A DNA stretch of 64,000 nt from Bacteroidales bacterium UBA1800 (GCA_002319915.1 DCFQ01000103.1:12653-76652); one strand, 5' to 3'. Shown: positions 27,692-37,957, numbered from the stretch's first letter. A program made the numbers and translations. Notes: generated from the sequence alone by a model not told the origin.

Positions 27692-28462
27692 ATGGAATTA
27701 TCACGATCTGAACTTAAGGAGTTTCTGGATGAAAAGGTCGAGCTGTTTAACCGGCCTGCCTTCATTGAATCTGATCCTGTCAGTATTCCGCATCGTTATT
27801 CTGGCAAAGGCGATATTGAAATAGCTGGCTTTCTTGCAGCCACAATCGCCTGGGGAAACCGCAAGATGATCCTGAAAAGCTCGGCAAGGATGATGGAGAT
27901 CCTTGAGGACTCACCTTTTGAATTCATAGTGAATTCGAGTGATTGCGAACTGGATCAGGCCATTCGATTTGTTCACAGGACTTTCAATTTAGCTGATCTT
28001 TCATATTTTTTGAAAGCTCTCCGGCACATATACAGGAATGAGGGGGGGCTTGAGACAATTTTTGGGATCCATAAGACTTCCGATTCTCTCCAGCCTGCAA
28101 TTCATGAATTGCATAACATATTCTTTGAGCTGCCGCATGAAAAAAGGACCGAAAGGCATGTTTCAGATCCGTTCAAGGGGTCGGCAGCGAAAAAGATCAA
28201 TATGTTCCTGAGGTGGATGGTCCGCAAGGACAATAAAGGAGTGGATTTCGGGATCTGGGATTCAATATCTCCTGCGATTTTATCATGCCCGCTGGATGTT
28301 CACTCGGGAAATGTCGCAAGAAAGCTCGGATTGCTTAACCGGAAACAAAATGATGCAAAAGCGGTCAGGGAGCTGGATGAAGTTCTGCGCAGCCTTGACA
28401 GAGAGGACCCTGTAAGGTACGATTTTGCACTGTTTGGACTGGGTGCCCTGGAAAGGTTTTAA
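27692..28462 (+). CDS. TIGR02757/DUF2400-family protein (function unknown)
   Basis: 256 aa. The N-terminus ELFNRPAFIESDPVSIPHRY...DIEIAGFLAATIAWGNRKMI resembles that family as I recall it. Confidence 0.6.
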   Translation: MELSRSELKEFLDEKVELFNRPAFIESDPVSIPHRYSGKGDIEIAGFLAATIAWGNRKMILKSSARMMEILEDSPFEFIVNSSDCELDQAIRFVHRTFNLADLSYFLKALRHIYRNEGGLETIFGIHKTSDSLQPAIHELHNIFFELPHEKRTERHVSDPFKGSAAKKINMFLRWMVRKDNKGVDFGIWDSISPAILSCPLDVHSGNVARKLGLLNRKQNDAKAVRELDEVLRSLDREDPVRYDFALFGLGALERF

Positions 28463-28534
28463 CAGACGGCCCCCGCAACGCCCCCGGTCTGGTATTGATA
28501 CGCTGATCAGAAATGACTAAACAATAACCAAAAA

Positions 28535-31270
28535 ATGACAAGGGAATCATTCAGATCATTCATCGGGGCATTTTGTCTTTCGGTACTGCTTGGCGGGGTA
28601 CCGGGAAAATTATTCTCTCAGTCAAGGGAAATAAAAATTGAAATCGACGGCTCGGAGAAGTACCAGACTATGGATGGATTCGGGGTGAATATCAACCCTG
28701 CATGGTGGTATGACGGGGCCTATACCGATGCTGCCATCGTGCAGCCGGCTATAGATCTTCTTATCGATTCGCTGGGGGCGTCAGTCTTCAGGGTTGTCAT
28801 TGAGGAGATCGACTGGGAGGCTGTAAATGACGATAATGATCCGGATCATTTTAACTGGGACTATTACAATAAAATATTCTCAGGCATAAGGTTTAAAGGT
28901 ATATGGAATACCCTTCATTACCTTAACAAAAGGGGCGTTACAGACAGGATGTGCATCAGCTTCATGGGGGCGCCTCCGTCTGCGCCGCCGCTCTCGAAGC
29001 CTGATCAGCACCTCAGCTGGATGGGCGATAAACCATATTCCATCAGGGAGAATATGGAAGAAGAGCTGGCTGAAACTGAAGCAGCATTCCTGTACTACAT
29101 GCGGAATACCGAGAAGATAAGCTTCAGTCTCGTATCCCCCATGAATGAAACAGACATTATATCGATGACAAGAAATGCCGAGCACCCTGACGGAATCGCA
29201 GAAGGACCGGATGTCCCTGATGCCGCACAGTGGGTGAGAATAATGCATAAGCTGGCATTAAAGCTTGACAAGATCGGAATGAACAATATCAGGTTCGTGG
29301 CCCCCGATGCCGGGGGAGAAAAGCTCTTTTCGGAGGTTATTGATGAAATGGCAAAGGACCAGTACCTGATGGGGAAGATCGTCAGCTGGGGTGTTCATTG
29401 TTATGGCAATGATGCGCGTTCATACTTTGACAGGATAAGGATGTCTCCTTACCCGGTTAAGCCTTACTGGATAACTGAGACTGCACGCATCAGCCATCTC
29501 TTCGGGCAGCTCGACGATAATGCCACATCGTATATTTTCTGGGATGGCTATGACTGCGTTTACCAGCATGGGAGGAGAAATGGATACGGAAGCGTCCCTC
29601 CTAATGACTGGGTCTTTTGGTTCCCCGGGGAGGGCAAGCCCCTGGTTGAATATATCCCTTCATCCCAAAGCTGGAAGCCGCGAAAGACTTTCTGGCAATA
29701 TGCACAGGTCATGAAATTTGTCAGGCCCGGTTCGGTGCGTATCCGGGTTACCGGACAGGACAGCACTTTTTCAGCTTATGCCTTCTGCAATCCCGACGGA
29801 AGCATGGCCATTACAGGTCTGAACACCGGGATCAGGCCTGTCGAACTGACCGGAGTCCTGCAAAACCTGCCTGCCCTCGGAAATATGAAGCTTGTCTATA
29901 CGGATTCTGTCTCCGATATGAAAACGGGAGCGGCAGTCACTTTCCAGGGAAAAAGCTTCAAAGCTTCCGTACCCGCCGGATCTGTTTTTACAATTACCGG
30001 ATATTCGGATAAGCTGCCCGCAGCAATTGGTGCAATAAGGCCTGAACCATCAGGCTGGTATGCCGGGGATATACATGTACACCGCAATTGCGGAGAAGGA
30101 ACACCGGTGCTTGCGGAGAATGAATTTGTTCCCATGATGGAACCAAATGACCTGGCTGTGATATCAGTGCTGGCCGATATGGGAGACGGGGAGGTAAAGT
30201 ACAGCCAGGCCGATCTTCCGAAAATAAACGGGAAGGATGCGATACAATCAAAACCCGGACATATCGTGCACTGGGATGCTGAATGGCATTTTGATCCCTT
30301 TGGAACTACTTTTGAGCATAAGGCCCTCGGAGGCCACATCGTTCTCCTTGGCCTGAATGAAGCTCACACTATATGGGATGAATCGGCTTACAAGGTTGCA
30401 GAATGGGGGAAGAAACAGGATGCCATTACAGGCTTCTGCCATCTCCAGTACCTGAATGATTCAATTCAGAATAACCTCGATTGCTGCATACCAGTCGACT
30501 ATCCTGTGGAGACAGCACTCGGGACAATTGACTTTCTTTCCGAGGATGTCTGGCTCAATGATGCCGCAATCAATGCATACTATAAGATCCTTAACTGTGG
30601 ATTCCGGCCCGGCTTGGCAGCAGGGACAGATTTCCCGTGCAACAACAGCAGGCCATTCGGATCACTTCTTACATACGTTCAGGTTATAGACCAGCCCATG
30701 ACTTACAGGAAATGGATCGAAGGCATCAGGGCCGGAAGGACAGTCGTTTCGACAAATGGCCATGCTGAATTCCTTGAACTTCGCGTGAACGGGTCCGCAT
30801 CACCCGGGGATGAGATAAAATTGGGCAAACGGGGAGTTGTTTCAGCCAATGTTACCTGGACGACGGCGAAAGAGCTTTCAGGGAAGATCGAAATTGTGTG
30901 CAACGGCAAGGTTGTTGCATCAGTAGATGGCACGTCCGGACCCGGTGAGCCGGTGCATTTCAGTAGCCCGATCAGGATCAGTGAAAGCAGTTGGATCTGT
31001 GCAAGAAGAATGGATGCAAACGGTCACCGGACCCACACAGCCCCGGTTTACATCTCATGCAAGGGAAAACCTGTGAGGGCAAGTGAATCAGACGCCAGGT
31101 ACTTTGAAGCCTGGATTGATAATATCCTTAAGAACATCGGACCGGGAGGACCCTGGAGTATCTATTTCACCCACGACCTGGAAACCGTAAGAGCAAGGTA
31201 TCTGAAGGCCAAAGATATATACGAGAGTATAGCTGCAGAGGCGGCAAAAACAAATAAAAACAATAACTGA
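28535..31270 (+). CDS. Secreted fusion of an N-terminal GH30-like glycoside hydrolase region and a C-terminal PHP/CehA-McbA-type metallohydrolase region
   Basis: Signal peptide. The KYQTMDGFGVNINPAWW block is typical of O-glycosyl hydrolase family 30-like proteins. The C-terminal half begins GWYAGDIHVHRNCGEG (PHP-type HxH) with later His/Asp clusters. Confidence 0.6.
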   Translation: MTRESFRSFIGAFCLSVLLGGVPGKLFSQSREIKIEIDGSEKYQTMDGFGVNINPAWWYDGAYTDAAIVQPAIDLLIDSLGASVFRVVIEEIDWEAVNDDNDPDHFNWDYYNKIFSGIRFKGIWNTLHYLNKRGVTDRMCISFMGAPPSAPPLSKPDQHLSWMGDKPYSIRENMEEELAETEAAFLYYMRNTEKISFSLVSPMNETDIISMTRNAEHPDGIAEGPDVPDAAQWVRIMHKLALKLDKIGMNNIRFVAPDAGGEKLFSEVIDEMAKDQYLMGKIVSWGVHCYGNDARSYFDRIRMSPYPVKPYWITETARISHLFGQLDDNATSYIFWDGYDCVYQHGRRNGYGSVPPNDWVFWFPGEGKPLVEYIPSSQSWKPRKTFWQYAQVMKFVRPGSVRIRVTGQDSTFSAYAFCNPDGSMAITGLNTGIRPVELTGVLQNLPALGNMKLVYTDSVSDMKTGAAVTFQGKSFKASVPAGSVFTITGYSDKLPAAIGAIRPEPSGWYAGDIHVHRNCGEGTPVLAENEFVPMMEPNDLAVISVLADMGDGEVKYSQADLPKINGKDAIQSKPGHIVHWDAEWHFDPFGTTFEHKALGGHIVLLGLNEAHTIWDESAYKVAEWGKKQDAITGFCHLQYLNDSIQNNLDCCIPVDYPVETALGTIDFLSEDVWLNDAAINAYYKILNCGFRPGLAAGTDFPCNNSRPFGSLLTYVQVIDQPMTYRKWIEGIRAGRTVVSTNGHAEFLELRVNGSASPGDEIKLGKRGVVSANVTWTTAKELSGKIEIVCNGKVVASVDGTSGPGEPVHFSSPIRISESSWICARRMDANGHRTHTAPVYISCKGKPVRASESDARYFEAWIDNILKNIGPGGPWSIYFTHDLETVRARYLKAKDIYESIAAEAAKTNKNNN

Positions 31271-31280
31271 TATATACGGC

Positions 31281-33131
31281 ATGCCAGTGATGAAAGGCCG
31301 CCTGCCGCTGGTTATATTTTCATTGTTTTTTCTTGCTGTCCAGGGCTTTCATCATGCAGGGAAAAAAGAAAAGCTGCTTGTAATTTGCAGCAGGAGCGAT
31401 TTCGGTATGTATACCCCTGAGATACTCAGGGCAGAGGGCATCACCTGCTTTGACACTGTTTCGCTTTTGAATGCCGGAACCGTTCTAAACCGCTATCATG
31501 CTGTTATACTGTCGTCGGCCCGGGGTGATAAAGCTCTTTATGAAAGTCTGTACAAGTATGTCAGAAAGGGCGGGAAACTGATAGCAGTCATAACACCTTA
31601 CGATGCACCGGAAGAGCTCTTCGGTCGTCTGATGCCCTACAGCACCCGCAGGCATTCTTATGTGAGCATCGATACTGCGTCAGAAACGGGCAAACACCTT
31701 TCAGGGCACCCACTTCAAGTCCATTCCGAAAGTGCATTAAGACTGCCGTATGATTGCATGGTACTGGCCTGGTTTGTAAATCATGCCGGTAAGGAAAAGA
31801 GCGGTCCGGCAGTCATAACAAAAAGGATAGGGAAAGGCACTCTTACTGCCTTCCTGTACAACCTGCCGGCCAATATAGCCCTTACACGGCAGGGTAATCC
31901 GACAGTAGCAGGGATCGAAGAGGACGGCATCCCCGGGTTGCGGGCTATGGACCTCTTCACCGGGGGCTGGGTGGATACTGACTGTAATACCATTAACCAG
32001 GCAGATGAACAGATGCATCTCCTTTCGCAGATAATTGAAAGCACGGCATTTCCCGATCTGCCTCTTCCCCGTATCGGTTACTTTCCCGACACGCTGAAAT
32101 GTCTCGTTACCCTGACAAACGACGGCGAATTCAGAAATGAAAACGATTTTGAAGCCCAGTTCAGGGATATCGATTCAGCTGGAGCAACAATGTCCCTGTA
32201 TGTGATGGAGACAGGCGGTGTATCGCGTGAATGGGCCCGGCGATGGACCGGCAGGGGTTTCGAAATTGCAGGCCATCCCGATAATACCAAAGAGGCCGGA
32301 GCTCCCGTATGGGCACACGCTGACAGTGTGCTGGCATGCAAAATTAAGGATATTTCAGCCCTTTACGGGCTTGACATGAAGACCGTTGTCAATCACTGGT
32401 TTGTATGGTGCGGAACAGATGCCACCGGGAAACAGGAATTCTCCGCCCAGGCACAAATCGAGGCAAAACGCGGAATACTTCTGGATGCAAACTATGCGCA
32501 CTACGATAACAATTCATCGTCGGGTCATTTTCTTGGAATCATGGGCGCCGGGCAGGGGAATTTTACCGGAAGCGGACTCCCGATGAGGTTCATTTCCTCA
32601 ACCGGCCAGGTGGCAGGTATTTGGCAGCACCTGAACAATGTCTACGATCAGCAGTATAATGAAAACCACGATCCCGACGGTTTTTTTATGGCCTTCAGGG
32701 GACTCATGGACAGAAGCATCGATAATGATATCTGGTCGTACATAAGCATTAAATCGCACAATGATGAGTATTACTTTACAAGGACACATTTATTGAAAAT
32801 GATCTCTTATGCAAAAAGCAGGGGTACACCTGTATGGACTGCCGCCCGGCTTGCGGATTTCCTTGTTAGACGTAACAGCGCCGTGATCTCCGGCCTGAGG
32901 TTTCGCAACGATAAGCTGTCATTCTCTTTTGAAACGGTCCCCCATTCCCGCGATAATCCCAGCATTATGATCCCCTCTGCTTTTAATGGTAAGCTTATTA
33001 AGCAGATAAAAGTCAATGGCAGGGCAGAACGGCTTGTCGGAAAAAATCTCAGGGGGAGGAATTTTGTCTTCCTTGTATTTCCTGAAGGCGGAAGAGCAGT
33101 CGTATCTGCTGATTACGTTAAACCGGACTGA
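31281..33131 (+). CDS. Hypothetical secreted protein with a weakly polysaccharide-deacetylase-like central region
   Basis: 616 aa with a signal-like N-terminus, 10 nt after the preceding gene. The blocks LVTLTNDGEF and GFEIAGHPD faintly resemble CE4/NodB motifs. The assignment is tentative. Confidence 0.45.
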   Translation: MPVMKGRLPLVIFSLFFLAVQGFHHAGKKEKLLVICSRSDFGMYTPEILRAEGITCFDTVSLLNAGTVLNRYHAVILSSARGDKALYESLYKYVRKGGKLIAVITPYDAPEELFGRLMPYSTRRHSYVSIDTASETGKHLSGHPLQVHSESALRLPYDCMVLAWFVNHAGKEKSGPAVITKRIGKGTLTAFLYNLPANIALTRQGNPTVAGIEEDGIPGLRAMDLFTGGWVDTDCNTINQADEQMHLLSQIIESTAFPDLPLPRIGYFPDTLKCLVTLTNDGEFRNENDFEAQFRDIDSAGATMSLYVMETGGVSREWARRWTGRGFEIAGHPDNTKEAGAPVWAHADSVLACKIKDISALYGLDMKTVVNHWFVWCGTDATGKQEFSAQAQIEAKRGILLDANYAHYDNNSSSGHFLGIMGAGQGNFTGSGLPMRFISSTGQVAGIWQHLNNVYDQQYNENHDPDGFFMAFRGLMDRSIDNDIWSYISIKSHNDEYYFTRTHLLKMISYAKSRGTPVWTAARLADFLVRRNSAVISGLRFRNDKLSFSFETVPHSRDNPSIMIPSAFNGKLIKQIKVNGRAERLVGKNLRGRNFVFLVFPEGGRAVVSADYVKPD

Positions 33132-33144
33132 TCCCTGTACACCA

Positions 33145-33163
33145 CTGTATCAAAACGATACAG
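33145..33163. promoter_or_regulatory. Perfect palindrome ctgtatc-N5-gatacag, either an enhancer-binding-protein site (UAS) or a terminator hairpin
   Basis: 7-bp arms. It lies 14 nt after the upstream stop codon and about 57 nt upstream of the sigma54-type -24 element. Confidence 0.35.
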
Positions 33164-33218
33164 CTTTACGCATACTCTGGTTCGTGTAAACGTTTTATTA
33201 TCTGCTTTATACCAAAAG

Positions 33219-33233
33219 CGGCATAACTCTTGC
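33219..33233 (+). promoter_or_regulatory. Sigma54-type -24/-12 promoter (cGGCAT-N5-TTGCc) for the HlyD/ABC/FtsX operon
   Basis: The sequence cggcataactcttgc matches TGGCAC-N5-TTGC, with GG and GC in canonical register. It is 37 nt upstream of the ATG at 33270. A sigma54-dependent activator is encoded at the 3' end of the same gene string. Confidence 0.55.
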
Positions 33234-33269
33234 CTGTAAATTGCCAAAAGAAAAAACAGGAAAATCCGC

Positions 33270-34517
33270 ATGGACCGTCCGGTATCAAAAGAACATAAAA
33301 GGAAGCTGTTGATAAGGCAATATTCAATACTCGCTGTTGTAATTGCCGTACCGCTTCTGACAATTGTTTTTGCCAGGAATTTATTCACGCCAGGTGTTGC
33401 CCTGGCAAAGGTGACGACAGCAACAGCTGACTCAGGGAGCATCCAGATAACAGTGCAGGGTTCAGGTGTAGTAATCCCTTCGTACGAAGAGATAGTGACT
33501 TCCCCTTTCAGGAGCAGCGTGGTAAAGATCCTGAAAAAGCCGGGAGAGAAGCTGTCGAGCAAGGATACTATCCTGATCCTGAATAATAAGCTCGCAGATA
33601 ATGATCTGAATATGCTAGTAAATGAAGCCGAGCTGCAATATATCCGGATCGAGAAGCTCAGGATAGAGCTTCAGCAGCTGAAGGAAGACTTTGAGTTCAG
33701 CAGAAAAATCAAGGATATTAAAGTTGAGAGTGCCCGGTTAGCTTATGAAGCTGAATCAACTCTCAATAAGATGGGCGGAAGTCCTGCTTATGATGTGAAG
33801 AAGGCAAAAACAAGCTGGGATATTGAGGGGCTTGAAAACAGCCAGGCCCAATATAATTTCAATAACCAGGTGCATGCCAAGGAGAACGGCATACGTGAGC
33901 TTCAGACTGAGATAAATATCCAGAAAAACAAAATCGTAAAAGCCAGGGACCTTGTGGATCAGGCCTTTGTGAAGGCTCCGTTCAGCGGGGATCTCAGCTG
34001 GGTGATCGATCAGCCGGGAGCATCCGTTTCGGAAGGACAACAGATAGCCCGTATTGCGGATCTATCAAGCTATAAGCTCAAGGGAACGATCAGTAATTCT
34101 TGGTCGGGCCGGGTCATTACGGGTCAAAAGGTGGATATCAGGAACCAGGGAAAAGACCTCACAGGGACAATTGAGAACATAATGCCTGCTGTGGTACAGG
34201 GAATGATGGAATGCCTGATCCGGATCGATTCGGGGGATATCGTCAACCTGAGGCCTGCCCAGCAACTGGAGATAAGGGTGATAATTTCAGGGAAGAACAA
34301 GGTTCTGCGTATTCCGAACGGCACCTATTATAAGGACCGTGGGTATAAAGAGATGTATGTACTAAGGGGGAACAGGGCAATCCGGAAAAAGGTCCTCCTG
34401 GGGGATGCGAATTTTGATTATGTGGAGGTACTGGACGGCATAAAACAGGGTGAGCAGGTAATTCTTACAGATATTGCAGATAAGTATACGAGGGAGGAGA
34501 TAAGGGTGAAGAGGTAA
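33270..34517 (+). CDS. HlyD-family periplasmic adaptor subunit
   Basis: N-terminal TM (YSILAVVIAVPLLTIVF), a coiled-coil hairpin, and barrel segments (GQKVDIRNQGKDLTGTIENI). Confidence 0.8.
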   Translation: MDRPVSKEHKRKLLIRQYSILAVVIAVPLLTIVFARNLFTPGVALAKVTTATADSGSIQITVQGSGVVIPSYEEIVTSPFRSSVVKILKKPGEKLSSKDTILILNNKLADNDLNMLVNEAELQYIRIEKLRIELQQLKEDFEFSRKIKDIKVESARLAYEAESTLNKMGGSPAYDVKKAKTSWDIEGLENSQAQYNFNNQVHAKENGIRELQTEINIQKNKIVKARDLVDQAFVKAPFSGDLSWVIDQPGASVSEGQQIARIADLSSYKLKGTISNSWSGRVITGQKVDIRNQGKDLTGTIENIMPAVVQGMMECLIRIDSGDIVNLRPAQQLEIRVIISGKNKVLRIPNGTYYKDRGYKEMYVLRGNRAIRKKVLLGDANFDYVEVLDGIKQGEQVILTDIADKYTREEIRVKR

Positions 34518-34634
34518 TTTGAATATGAAGAGGTTACACAGAAGAGATCCTTAGTACCACATGGGACCATAGAGATGAAAAGGCGATGGAGCTATAGAGA
34601 GAGTGGGGCAAACGGGAAAAAGAAAGGAGAAGCG

Positions 34635-34676
34635 AGAAACCGTAAAATATAAACCATAAACCATAAACTATAAACA
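34635..34676 (+). repeat. Heptamer tandem array (agaaacc gtaaaat ataaacc ataaacc ataaact ataaaca) ending 6 nt before the ABC ATPase start codon
   Basis: Six 7-nt units read directly from the sequence. Two are identical and the outer ones are degenerate. Confidence 0.7.
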
Positions 34677-34682
34677 CTGTCT

Positions 34683-35345
34683 ATGATAAAACTCGAAAAC
34701 ATCAGTAAAGTCTACAGGACAAAAGAGATAGAGACCCTGGCCCTCGACAACATCAACTGCGATGTAAGTGAGGGTGAATTTGTGTCGGTGATGGGCCCGT
34801 CGGGATGCGGCAAAAGCACATTGCTCAATATAATCGGGCTGCTCGACGAGCCAGACGAAGGGAAGATAGCTCTCAATAAGGAGTTGATAATGTCGTACGA
34901 AGACAAAAAGACGGCAAAGATGAGGAACCAGCTCGTCGGGTTCATCTTTCAGAGTTTTCACCTTATAAAAGAGCTTAACGTTTATGATAATGTTGAACTT
35001 CCTCTTATCTACCGCAAAATGCCTGCATCTGAACGGAAGCAGCGTGTAACGGAAGCGCTTGAAAAGGTTGGCCTTACAAACAGGATGCAGCACTATCCTT
35101 CGCAGCTGTCAGGCGGACAGTGTCAGCGAACTGCCATCGCAAGAGCAATCGCCGGCGAACCAAAAATTATCCTGGCTGATGAGCCCACAGGAAATCTCGA
35201 TAGTAAAATAGGCCATGAGGTTGTGGACATACTGGCAGGCCTGAATGATAACGGGACAACGATCGTTATGGTTACACACGATGAGGCCATTGCAAAATCT
35301 ACACACCGGATTGTGAGACTATTCGATGGAAGGCTGGTGGGATGA
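34683..35345 (+). CDS. ABC transporter ATP-binding protein (MacB/LolD-type)
   Basis: Walker A GPSGCGKST, signature LSGGQCQRTAIARAI, Walker B ILADEPTGNLD, and VTHD. Confidence 0.9.
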   Translation: MIKLENISKVYRTKEIETLALDNINCDVSEGEFVSVMGPSGCGKSTLLNIIGLLDEPDEGKIALNKELIMSYEDKKTAKMRNQLVGFIFQSFHLIKELNVYDNVELPLIYRKMPASERKQRVTEALEKVGLTNRMQHYPSQLSGGQCQRTAIARAIAGEPKIILADEPTGNLDSKIGHEVVDILAGLNDNGTTIVMVTHDEAIAKSTHRIVRLFDGRLVG

Positions 35346-35436
35346 GAATTCGACAAGCCCTTAGTCCGTCTGAAAGGATTGCTTCGTCGCTGGAGCCCTC
35401 GCAATGACAACAGAATAAGTAGAGGCAGCACCCCCC

Positions 35437-35471
35437 GAGAAACGATAAACGAAGAACGTGTAATGATAAAA
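35437..35471 (+). repeat. Heptamer tandem array (gagaaac gataaac gaagaac gtgtaat gataaaa) ending 2 nt before the permease start codon
   Basis: Five 7-nt units with the period read directly. The gaNaaac core decays toward the 3' end. Confidence 0.6.
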
Positions 35472-35473
35472 CT

Positions 35474-36745
35474 ATGCTAAAAAACTATTTCAAAATATTC
35501 CTGAAGGTGGCTGCGCAGAATAAGCTCTTCACATTCCTGAGTTTGTTCGGAATAAGCCTGACCATTATGTTTGTCATGATCTTCAGCATGACACTCTCAA
35601 AAATCACCTCGGGATCGGGCCCCGAAAATGACCTGAAACAGATAATCTTTTGCCAGAGAGTAAAGACTGCTGAAACTCATAACGGAAAAAGGTGGGGCAA
35701 TGGTTACAGTGTAGCTTCAGTCGGGAAGAAATTTTCCGAGGATTATCTGAAGAAAGTTAAAAGTGCTGATTTAATATCGATGTATACCGGGCCCTCTCCA
35801 TGGGAATTCATTTTCAATGGAAATTATCAGAAAAAACTTCAGAACCAGACTGATGCCGAATACTGGAAAGTCTTCAACTATGAATTTCTCGAAGGCAGGC
35901 CATATACCGCTGAGGAGGTGACAAATGGCGCCAATCTTGCTGTGATATCACAATCATTAAAGGAACTGCTCTTCGGAAATGAAAAGAGCGTACTTGGAAA
36001 AACTATTCACTATACCTCGATGAATCTTATAGTGACCGGTGTTGTGACTGATCCGCCCAAGCCTGATCAGAATGCAATCGGCGACCTGTATTTCCCATAT
36101 ACATTGCTGAAAGGGTATGATTTTGATGATTATATCGGTAATTACAAAGTTGCTTTTAAAAGCCGGGGAAAGAAATTCGATATGATAAGGAATGAAGTGC
36201 AGGCAATAGTGTCGCGTGCTGACGCAGCTGATACCACAAGAGCAATATTCCTGTCCGGGCCCTTCACGCAGATGGAAAAAATGATGGTTGGTTATGGCGA
36301 TCCTGAAGATTATTCCATTGGGTTAAGCATTTTCAAGTATTTGATGATGGCTCTTGCCTTTATTCTTCTTCCGGCTGTTAACCTGATGTCCCTTAACTTT
36401 GCCCGTATCCATGAACGGGGTGAGGAGATAGCAGTCAGAAAATCTTTCGGAGCCGCAAGCGGTATTTTAAGGGGACAGTTCCTGTTTGAAAACATTCTCA
36501 TGACCATTTCAGGCGGGATACTGGGTATAATCTTATCTTACGTTGTGGTAGGTTTGCTCGGAAATTCTCTTTCAATGAGTTTTGGTTTTTGGAACAATGT
36601 TCCATTTTCGTTTTCATTCGATTTTAAAGTATTTGCTGTGGCTTTGACGGCATGTCTGATCTTCGGTCTTATGTCCGGCTTTTTGCCTGCAGTGAGACTA
36701 TCACGCATGAAACCTGCTGCTTATCTGAAAGGAGGTGAAATATGA
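35474..36745 (+). CDS. FtsX/MacB-type ABC transporter permease
   Basis: N-terminal TM, a large extracytoplasmic domain, and a C-terminal 3-TM module with ERGEEIAVRKSFGAASGILRGQFLFEN. Confidence 0.85.
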   Translation: MLKNYFKIFLKVAAQNKLFTFLSLFGISLTIMFVMIFSMTLSKITSGSGPENDLKQIIFCQRVKTAETHNGKRWGNGYSVASVGKKFSEDYLKKVKSADLISMYTGPSPWEFIFNGNYQKKLQNQTDAEYWKVFNYEFLEGRPYTAEEVTNGANLAVISQSLKELLFGNEKSVLGKTIHYTSMNLIVTGVVTDPPKPDQNAIGDLYFPYTLLKGYDFDDYIGNYKVAFKSRGKKFDMIRNEVQAIVSRADAADTTRAIFLSGPFTQMEKMMVGYGDPEDYSIGLSIFKYLMMALAFILLPAVNLMSLNFARIHERGEEIAVRKSFGAASGILRGQFLFENILMTISGGILGIILSYVVVGLLGNSLSMSFGFWNNVPFSFSFDFKVFAVALTACLIFGLMSGFLPAVRLSRMKPAAYLKGGEI

Positions 36746-37938
36746 TGCGGTTATTCTTTAAATCATTATGGAACAACAGAAGACGCAATATTCTGGTTTT
36801 CATTGAATTGTTCATGATCTCGTTTGTGATGGTCAACCTGATCATTTACCTTGCCAACATACTGGCAATTTACCGTATCAGGACCATGTACCATTCCCGT
36901 GATGTTGTTCTGGTCAATATATCCAATAAGATTCCTGAGCCCGCTGCAACTGCTGAACAGGCCTTCCTTAATCTGAAGAAGGTATTTGCTTCAAATCCTT
37001 TCGTCGAATCGGTGTCAATAAGCAAGAACGCAATTCCCTATAATTATAACATCAGCACAAGTGAATATACACATGGCAGTGACCGATTTGGCATGTCAAT
37101 GAGATATGTGGATATTGAGTATGGAAAAGTAATGAAAATAGTGCCGGTAAGCGGGAGATGGTTTAATGAGACTGACCGGGGAAAGTCAGTCCGCCCGGTG
37201 ATGATCACAAAAGATATAGATCAGAAATATTTCAAGGGAAATGGGGTAGGACAAAGATTTACAAACGGAGGGGAAGGTATCAATAAAGAGGAATATGAAA
37301 TAGCCGGTGTGGTTGAAAGCTTCAAGAGAAGCGATATTGAAAAGCCATATCCCGCAGTCCTGATTTTGCTGGATTCAATCAAGCCTCAGTCAATGTGGGA
37401 AACTTCATACCTTATAAGGACCGGGGAAAATAAAACAAGCGCTATGCTGGCAGTTGCTGAAAGCCAGGTGTATTCAACACTGAATCCTGAAAACTGGACC
37501 ATCAGCAGCCTGAACACACTTGAGAATATGCATTCGGAGCAGAATAACGAGAATTACCAGAGGAATTATCTTTCAGTGATTATAGCATTGTTTGTGCTCA
37601 TTAATATACTTCTCGGAACGATCGGTATCCTGTGGTATAACACAAACCTCCGGATACATGAGATCGGGATAAAGCGAGCGCTCGGGTCTACCGGCAGAGG
37701 AATAAGGCGCCTCCTCATCGCGGAAAACCTTGTAATTGCAGGAATCGGCCTGCTGATCGTTCTGGTCATAGTATTGCAGGTTCCCATAACAGGACAGAAG
37801 GAGCTCGAACCCGGGGTGATGGTGCAATCTATAATCATAAGTTACGTGTCAATGACATTACTTGTTCTTTTAAGCACCTGGATTCCCTCTTCCATTGCAT
37901 CAAAAATACGTCCTGCCGTAGCACTCAAGACGGAATAG
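36742..37938 (+). CDS. FtsX/MacB-type ABC transporter permease (second paralog)
   Basis: Same architecture, with IHEIGIKRALGSTGRGIRRLLIAENL. Its start overlaps the previous stop (ATGATG/TGA). Confidence 0.85.
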   Translation: MMRLFFKSLWNNRRRNILVFIELFMISFVMVNLIIYLANILAIYRIRTMYHSRDVVLVNISNKIPEPAATAEQAFLNLKKVFASNPFVESVSISKNAIPYNYNISTSEYTHGSDRFGMSMRYVDIEYGKVMKIVPVSGRWFNETDRGKSVRPVMITKDIDQKYFKGNGVGQRFTNGGEGINKEEYEIAGVVESFKRSDIEKPYPAVLILLDSIKPQSMWETSYLIRTGENKTSAMLAVAESQVYSTLNPENWTISSLNTLENMHSEQNNENYQRNYLSVIIALFVLINILLGTIGILWYNTNLRIHEIGIKRALGSTGRGIRRLLIAENLVIAGIGLLIVLVIVLQVPITGQKELEPGVMVQSIIISYVSMTLLVLLSTWIPSSIASKIRPAVALKTE

Positions 37939-37957
37939 ATTAGTAATTTCGTCAGCA

